Source: Octopus sinensis
Taxonomy: Eukaryota
Direction: 5' to 3'
Length of the DNA: 64,000 nucleotides
Assembly (NCBI RefSeq): GCF_006345805.1
Contig: NC_043004.1
Location: 107,012,001 to 107,076,000 of the forward strand
Positions 61,201 through 64,000 of the stretch are shown piece after piece (the stretch's first letter is position 1; the number at the start of each line of letters is the position of its first letter). Below the pieces are notes generated by a model. It saw only the letters and a list, made by a program, of their open reading frames with translations, ran no database searches and was not told the origin of the DNA. The translations under genes and the position numbers were made by a program.

Positions 61201-61987
61201 AGAAAAATTACACATAACATTATGATGACATATATCATGGAGCTTAGTGTAAAGAGACACATTTTTTATACAATGTAATATATAGTGTGTGTGTGTGTGT
61301 GTGTGTGTGCGCAAACATATATAAAACATTCATATGAGGGTGTGAAAGTTGGTGTATAATGTAAAGAAAATAAACATGAAAAATGAATAATTCAGAAAGA
61401 ACGAAATTTGACGTGTGTATGTGTGTCGAGAGAGAGAGAGCTGGAAGGGTGTAGGGACATGCACACACTCCCACACAGACTAATACAACTCACACAAGCT
61501 ATCACTGCATTTAAATCTCACACTAGAAGATACATCCAACTTTGATATAAATTCCAAAGAGAAAATTAAAGTAGTGGCTTCATGCACAGAATAAAAAGAT
61601 TTTAAAAAATTTGCAAAGAGAACTTCAGTAGGAAGAACGTGTAATGTGAGGGGACAGAAGAAGGAGAAGGATTATCAGAGCATAGACATAAAATTGTGAG
61701 ACAAAGAGAGAGAGAGAGACACACACACACACACAAAGAGAGACAGAGAGATAGTTAATTATTGCATTAAATTAACCATCACCTACTCTGTGTCATCATT
61801 CATCTGCTTACCTACCAATAAGTGCATGTGTGTGTGTGTTGTTGTTGTTGTTGATGACGATGATGATGATGCACAAGAAAGACAACAAAAAGCAGGGCAT
61901 GAAAAGCACAGAAAAGGTAACTTACTCCTTTAATTTTCTCAGTTCTTCTTCAGCCTTTTGCTTCTCGTCTCGCAGTTCTTTGAGATC
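13775..61987 (-). CDS. ROCK: Rho-associated protein kinase (ROCK1/2 co-ortholog), 3' part of gene; 14 coding exons, 5' exons outside window
   Basis: Exons join in frame with GT-AG borders: 61926-61987, 61069-61138, 60073-60176, 57829-58015, 51830-51923, 49263-49351, 46102-46459, 41798-41957, 34267-34345, 30832-30891, 28545-28674, 26470-26535, 24109-24232, 13775-13889 (1698 nt incl. stop). Hallmark ROCK motifs: [55 protein letters not shown]. Confidence 0.96.
15478..15828 (-). mobile_element. SINE family A, diverged copy
   Basis: Same head and tail as 11461-11854. Confidence 0.75.
18237..18306 (-). other. ROCK: Candidate alternative ROCK exon with immediate stop (R-K-stop)
   Basis: ttcttttctttttcaatctaacttgatgttgtag/GAAATAA acceptor and /gtaagt donor at 18236. 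Confidence 0.4.
18780..19200 (+). mobile_element. RTE LINE 3' fragment
   Basis: ESVLLYGSE...[29 protein letters not shown], a typical RTE C-terminus. Confidence 0.7.
19430..20645 (-). mobile_element. Cluster of four SINE family B copies, the last three separated by (AAT)n
   Basis: Copies at about 19430-19645, 19903-20120, 20137-20350 and 20398-20602. Confidence 0.8.
22333..22618. repeat. Diverged foldback / MITE-like palindrome with about 120-bp arms
   Basis: gcagcagcatgagtgctcttgga... vs ...tccaagagtgctcatgctgctgc; arms align throughout. Confidence 0.85.
23515..24000 (-). mobile_element. Degenerate RTE LINE 3' end
   Basis: [15 protein letters not shown] remnant followed by an agcatggaaaagt tail shared with other RTE tails in the window. 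Confidence 0.5.
24109..24232 (-). CDS. ROCK: ROCK exon, C-terminal PH half ([34 protein letters not shown])
   Basis: Matches ROCK LLLLA.S..EQ.KWV..L.KKIPK; cag/ and /gtatgg borders. Confidence 0.96.
24855..25180 (+). mobile_element. tRNA-headed CORE-like SINE (family C)
   Basis: gcgtggcttaatggttaggg..gagttcgattcc head, ccttgagcaag..tttatttcac core; sister copies at 33730-34050 and 47735-48060. Confidence 0.75.
25880..26225 (-). mobile_element. tRNA-headed CORE-like SINE with a different 3' tail
   Basis: gacccagtggttagagc..gaattcaattcc head, cagcaagacactttatttcat core. Confidence 0.65.
26470..26535 (-). CDS. ROCK: ROCK exon, C1 domain part 2 ([22 protein letters not shown])
   Basis: Matches ROCK RCHVKCHRDH..KKE..I.PCK; cag/ and /gtaat borders. 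Confidence 0.95.
27430..28090 (+). mobile_element. Three tandem SINE family B copies, the first carrying a 27-bp x4 minisatellite (27537-27648)
   Basis: Repeated family B cores; unit ggtcaatagcatacgttccagttaggg. Confidence 0.8.
28103..28388 (+). mobile_element. SINE family A
   Basis: Head and tail as at 11461-11854, internally deleted. Confidence 0.8.
28545..28674 (-). CDS. ROCK: ROCK exon, C1 cysteine-rich domain part 1
   Basis: [36 protein letters not shown]; cag/ and /gtaagt borders. Confidence 0.97.
28988..29236 (+). mobile_element. hAT-type MITE
   Basis: TIRs cagagtttctcaac / gttgtggaccactg; 8-bp TSD ttttaaag / ttttagag. Confidence 0.75.
29390..29610 (+). mobile_element. SINE family B, young copy
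   Basis: CpG-rich core gttagcacgccgggcgaaatgc...cctttcatcctttcggggtcga. Confidence 0.85.
29938..30153 (+). mobile_element. piggyBac-type MITE (TTAA-CCC end); sister copies near 16680-16860 and 46994-47195
   Basis: ttaacccc..cattcaaac start and tgctaaagag end; shared interior. Confidence 0.55.
30832..30891 (-). CDS. ROCK: ROCK exon ([20 protein letters not shown])
   Basis: Matches ILYANEGE; cag/ and /gtcagt borders; 60 nt, phase 0-0. Confidence 0.94.
32504..33725. repeat. Satellite, 21-bp monomer in a 63-bp higher-order repeat
   Basis: [gtacagcatgaggtgtatgag][gtacagcgtgaggtgtttgtg][gtacagcatgaggcgtctgag] repeated over about 1.2 kb. Confidence 0.95.
33730..34050 (+). mobile_element. CORE-like SINE (family C)
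   Basis: Homologous to 24855-25180. Confidence 0.75.
34267..34345 (-). CDS. ROCK: ROCK exon ([26 protein letters not shown])
   Basis: Near-identical to vertebrate ROCK PH segment; tag/ and /gtaatt borders; not in the supplied ORF track. Confidence 0.97.
34790..35590 (-). mobile_element. Cluster of four SINE family B copies
   Basis: Repeated gaatttgaactca / aaaggatgaaa cores with (AAT)n spacers. Confidence 0.7.
36481..37345. repeat. Large diverged foldback with a tandem duplication (36512-36710 / 36711-36907) of its left arm
   Basis: 37028-37345 aligns as reverse complement to the left arm up to a short central loop near 36999-37027. Confidence 0.85.
37470..37912 (-). mobile_element. SINE family A, full length
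   Basis: Same organisation as 11461-11854. Confidence 0.88.
37913..38350 (+). mobile_element. Penelope-like element 3' end with degenerate hammerhead
   Basis: EKLHI...[11 protein letters not shown] resembles the PLE GIY-YIG C-terminus EK..I..LLNKRSEL.SKC; CTGAAGA 38267-38273 and GAAAC 38332-38336 flank a long stem. Confidence 0.55.
38807..39056 (+). mobile_element. RTE-tail non-autonomous repeat ending in (GAT)n
   Basis: ccaacccatgctagcatggaaaacggacgctaaatgatgatg tail; same tail at 49825, 58240, 58765, 60975 and 41500. Confidence 0.8.
40895..41262 (-). mobile_element. SINE family A, diverged
   Basis: Head and tail homology to 11461-11854. Confidence 0.7.
41798..41957 (-). CDS. ROCK: ROCK exon, N-terminal PH half
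   Basis: [16 protein letters not shown]...PVMVLDI; cag/ and /gtaagt borders. Confidence 0.96.
42165..42595 (+). mobile_element. About 430-bp Penelope-type pLTR / retrozyme-like unit inserted in (TA)n
   Basis: Bounded by (TA)n on both sides; carries a hammerhead; partial sister copy at 38770-38806. Confidence 0.6.
42316..42407 (+). ncRNA. Type I minimal hammerhead ribozyme
   Basis: Stem I CCTGCG/CGTAGG, CTGATGA 42322-42328, long stem II, GAAA 42390-42393, stem III C-GTAC-G, GUC cleavage triplet ending 42401. Confidence 0.8.
43085..44290 (+). mobile_element. Penelope-like element (Naiad-type) RT C-terminus plus GIY-YIG endonuclease, disrupted
   Basis: LYRDD; [32 protein letters not shown]; RRRIIWYNP; CPVDGSCL; HYMGMT..FK; LSRFLW; [11 protein letters not shown]. 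Confidence 0.85.
44340..45860 (-). mobile_element. RTE LINE fragment (EN end to RT), disrupted
   Basis: [52 protein letters not shown]. Confidence 0.9.
46102..46459 (-). CDS. ROCK: ROCK exon, Rho-binding domain and distal coiled coil
   Basis: [13 protein letters not shown]...[15 protein letters not shown]...[15 protein letters not shown]; 358 nt; cag/ and /gttagt borders. Confidence 0.97.
47361..47663 (+). mobile_element. tRNA-derived SINE (family D) with 13-bp TSD
   Basis: ggaggcgcaatggcccagtggttaggg head, A-rich tail; TSD ttgtttgagtcac at 47348-47360 and 47664-47676. Confidence 0.9.
49263..49351 (-). CDS. ROCK: ROCK exon, start of Rho-binding domain ([17 protein letters not shown])
   Basis: Matches ROCK ERTLKTQAVNKL junction; tag/ and /gtagg borders. 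Confidence 0.92.
49825..50880 (-). mobile_element. RTE LINE 3' end with long 3' UTR and (GAT)n tail
   Basis: [14 protein letters not shown]...LCWCGHVL...RGRPRKRW, contiguous with the shared RTE tail. Confidence 0.88.
51029..51137. repeat. 29-bp minisatellite, interrupted by a MITE; degenerate copies resume at 51630-51705
   Basis: Unit tagtgatggaaggatttaggctgcaggtt. Confidence 0.85.
51138..51611 (-). mobile_element. hAT-type MITE (family of 28988-29236) with a nested insertion at about 51265-51465
   Basis: TIRs cagaggtcctcaac / gttgagagacactg; interior homologous to 28988-29236 in reverse. Confidence 0.65.
51830..51923 (-). CDS. ROCK: ROCK exon ([31 protein letters not shown])
   Basis: Heptad-rich; cag/ and /gtaagt borders; phase 0 to 1 fits neighbours. 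Confidence 0.9.
53560..54565. mobile_element. RTE LINE with inverted 5' segment
   Basis: Minus strand 53560-53940 is RT ([27 protein letters not shown]); plus strand 53960-54565 is the C-terminus ([20 protein letters not shown]) with an acctgacctga tail. Confidence 0.7.
55098..55295 (-). mobile_element. SINE family B
   Basis: Family B core in reverse. Confidence 0.75.
55488..55556. repeat. 24-bp minisatellite x3
   Basis: Unit cttaaaataccataacatacctgt. Confidence 0.85.
57829..58015 (-). CDS. ROCK: ROCK exon ([30 protein letters not shown])
   Basis: Matches ROCK SEQLARSIAEEQYSDLEKEK; cag/ and /gtaagt borders. Confidence 0.95.
58238..59270 (-). mobile_element. Four successive RTE-tail repeats
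   Basis: Each begins (cat)n-(c/t)ttaa and contains ggtttctacagctggatgcccttcctaa. Confidence 0.8.
60073..60176 (-). CDS. ROCK: ROCK exon ([19 protein letters not shown]...MEQE)
   Basis: Matches ROCK TLYKTQV(K/R)ELKEE; cag/ and /gtaag borders; 104 nt. Confidence 0.94.
60510..60978 (+). mobile_element. RTE-tail repeat with degenerate internal tandem units
   Basis: Repeated gcacccatgctgg..ccac(g)taaaag units, then the shared tail and (GAT)n. Confidence 0.75.
61069..61138 (-). CDS. ROCK: ROCK exon ([23 protein letters not shown])
   Basis: Matches vertebrate ROCK QM(K/R)ELQDQLEAEQYFS; ag/..gtaagt borders. Confidence 0.95.
61926..61987 (-). CDS. ROCK: ROCK exon, coiled coil ([20 protein letters not shown])
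   Basis: tag/GATCTC acceptor, GA/gtaag donor; 62 nt, phase matches next exon. Confidence 0.88.
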
Positions 61988-62884
61988 CTACAAACAGAGC
62001 AGAATCATGAGACATTATTACACCCTAAAAGAGTTCCGTTAAACAGGAAGAAGGTGAGGTGGACTAAGGGTCAGTCAGACAAGCAGCAGCAGAGGGGTTC
62101 CCTCCACAACTGTTATCTATTCCAATGATGCTCTAAGACTACTGTGAGAATGGTCGCCTGTAAAGTTGATATTATCCCAAACACACCCAGATCATTAATA
62201 AATAACATGCAAAATATCAAAGTATTTAATTGAGAACTGGGTGTGCTGACATTTTTAACTGAATTATAAGATGGTAGTACTGGTTAGTGCTCTGACACTG
62301 ACAGTAAAAGTAACAGTGATGTTATTGGGTGTTGGAGACCGTAATAAAAAATGGTGTTCATTGTGAAAGCATCGGTATTAGTAATAGTATCACTGGGAGG
62401 GTTGTTGATGTTGATGTTTAGCCATGGGTCAACCATGATTGAGCAGGCCTATGATCAAATCTGTCTCCAGTTGTGACCATCTCATCTTGCTTACAAAGAT
62501 GGTATACGATAGTATATCTAAGACTATGTTGTGTTTCTGTTTATTTTTAAAATTACAAGCTGCCATCTGAGGCAAATTTGGTTGCTATTTCTAATGGGTC
62601 AAGCAACCACATTGAGCAGGCATGGGATACTCCTTGTTTAATTGTCCTAATTTGAAACTGCTTGCTGATGAAATTTCTAAAAACCCATATAAAAAATAAA
62701 AAAAAAAAGAAAGAAAAAAACAGTCTAAAACTTAAGATAAAATCAGTAATTAAATACTGATTATATATCTATAAATTTGTAAATTGGAGAATTAAATATT
62801 TTTTTCGTGTTATATACATTCTTGCAGGTTCTTTATGAACATATAATTCACCCTGGTACTAAAGAAGTTCCCTTCCTCTCATTG

Positions 62885-63330
62885 GTTCATGGTTAGTAGT
62901 AATAAGTTATATTGGTAGTAGTGGTTGATGTGGTGGTGGTGGTGGTGTGAAGGGATAGTGAAAAAGAGAACAGCTGTGGTGGTGCTTGCAACAGGACTGT
63001 GACAGTGGTGGTGGTGGTAGTAATGGTAGTAGTAATGTTGATGCAGTGATACTAGTGATGGTGCTTTCAGTAAGACGGTGGTGGTGGGGGTCATGATATT
63101 GGAGGTAGTGTTAATAATGGTGATGATGGTGCTATCATCACCAATGGTGGAGGTATTAAATGCAAATAGTAATATTAAAATGTTAGTGGTAACAGTAGTA
63201 ATACAATGGTTAATGTCAGATGTGGTGGGAGTAGGGTTGAAGGCAATGACAGAAGATATGATGGAAGCACTGGTGGAGGTGGGGTAGCGACTGAGGTGGT
63301 GGTGGTGGTGGTGGTAATGATATTACTGGT
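62885..63330. repeat. Degenerate (GGT/GAT/AGT)n low-complexity tract
   Basis: Trinucleotide-like composition; explains spurious poly-H/T/V ORFs. Confidence 0.85.
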
Positions 63331-64000
63331 GACAGTGTTGATAGGAATAATGGTATTTGTGGTAAACATGATAAAAAGTGTGTTTCCAATCTTGACACTA
63401 TAAACCCACAAATCTCCATATCATTTTTCTGATAGTTCAGTTTCCTGCTCCCATCAGTTTAACCCCTTACCCACAGAACAGAGATAATGGAGCACTGATA
63501 AATGTACAATAGGCTTTTGAACAGGGGTTCCCAAACTTTTTCGGGTTGTCACCCACTAGGCACCTAGGTCACATTTTTAGGGTCCTCCTCATCCCTTATC
63601 ACCACAAACATAGACCAATTTCTGCAGCAAATTCAAAACTATTGTATTTCACATATAAAACTTAACCCACTTAACTCATTATTTTATCATTCTTACATTC
63701 ATTGCCCGTTTTGGCCACCCTATTATCGCCCCCACTTTTCTTCAGCAGATATTCCCACCACCCCCAGAGAGACAGCACCACTCACTTTGGTGGAAACCAC
63801 TGCTTTCATTGTTGCACACACACACTAACACAGAGGCTTCAACACAGTTTTCATTTACCATGTTCACTCAAGATTTTGACTGACCTGAAGCCATAGTAGA
63901 AGATGCTGAACCAAAGTACTGCACAGTGAGATCGAACTCAAACCGCTGCAGTTACAAAGCAAGTTTCTGGTCACCTCAGTGCCTATCATGTGCAAAACCC

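Overview
AT-rich animal genomic DNA, most likely a cephalopod (Octopus-like, inferred from the SINE/RTE repeat landscape and microsatellite density; not database-confirmed). The main feature is the 3' half of a Rho-associated coiled-coil kinase (ROCK) gene on the minus strand. I assembled 14 phase-consistent GT-AG coding exons from 61987 down to the stop at 13775 (565 aa: coiled coil, Rho-binding domain, PH domain split by a C1 zinc finger, tail ending [11 protein letters not shown]). The kinase exons lie upstream of the window. Introns and the downstream flank are packed with tRNA-derived SINEs, RTE LINE fragments, Penelope-like (Naiad-type) fragments, Tc1/mariner remnants, hAT/piggyBac-type MITEs, a 21/63-bp satellite and microsatellites. 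Most interesting observations: (1) a near-intact minimal type I hammerhead ribozyme at 42316-42407 plus degenerate relatives; (2) a 2.0-kb ORF1-only (HAL1-like) retroelement with a perfect 15-bp TSD; (3) a full-length U6 copy fused to a SINE-type 3' tail; (4) several long hairpins or palindromes in or just past the ROCK transcript; (5) a candidate stop-containing alternative ROCK exon. All calls were made by eye; repeat boundaries are approximate unless a TSD is given.
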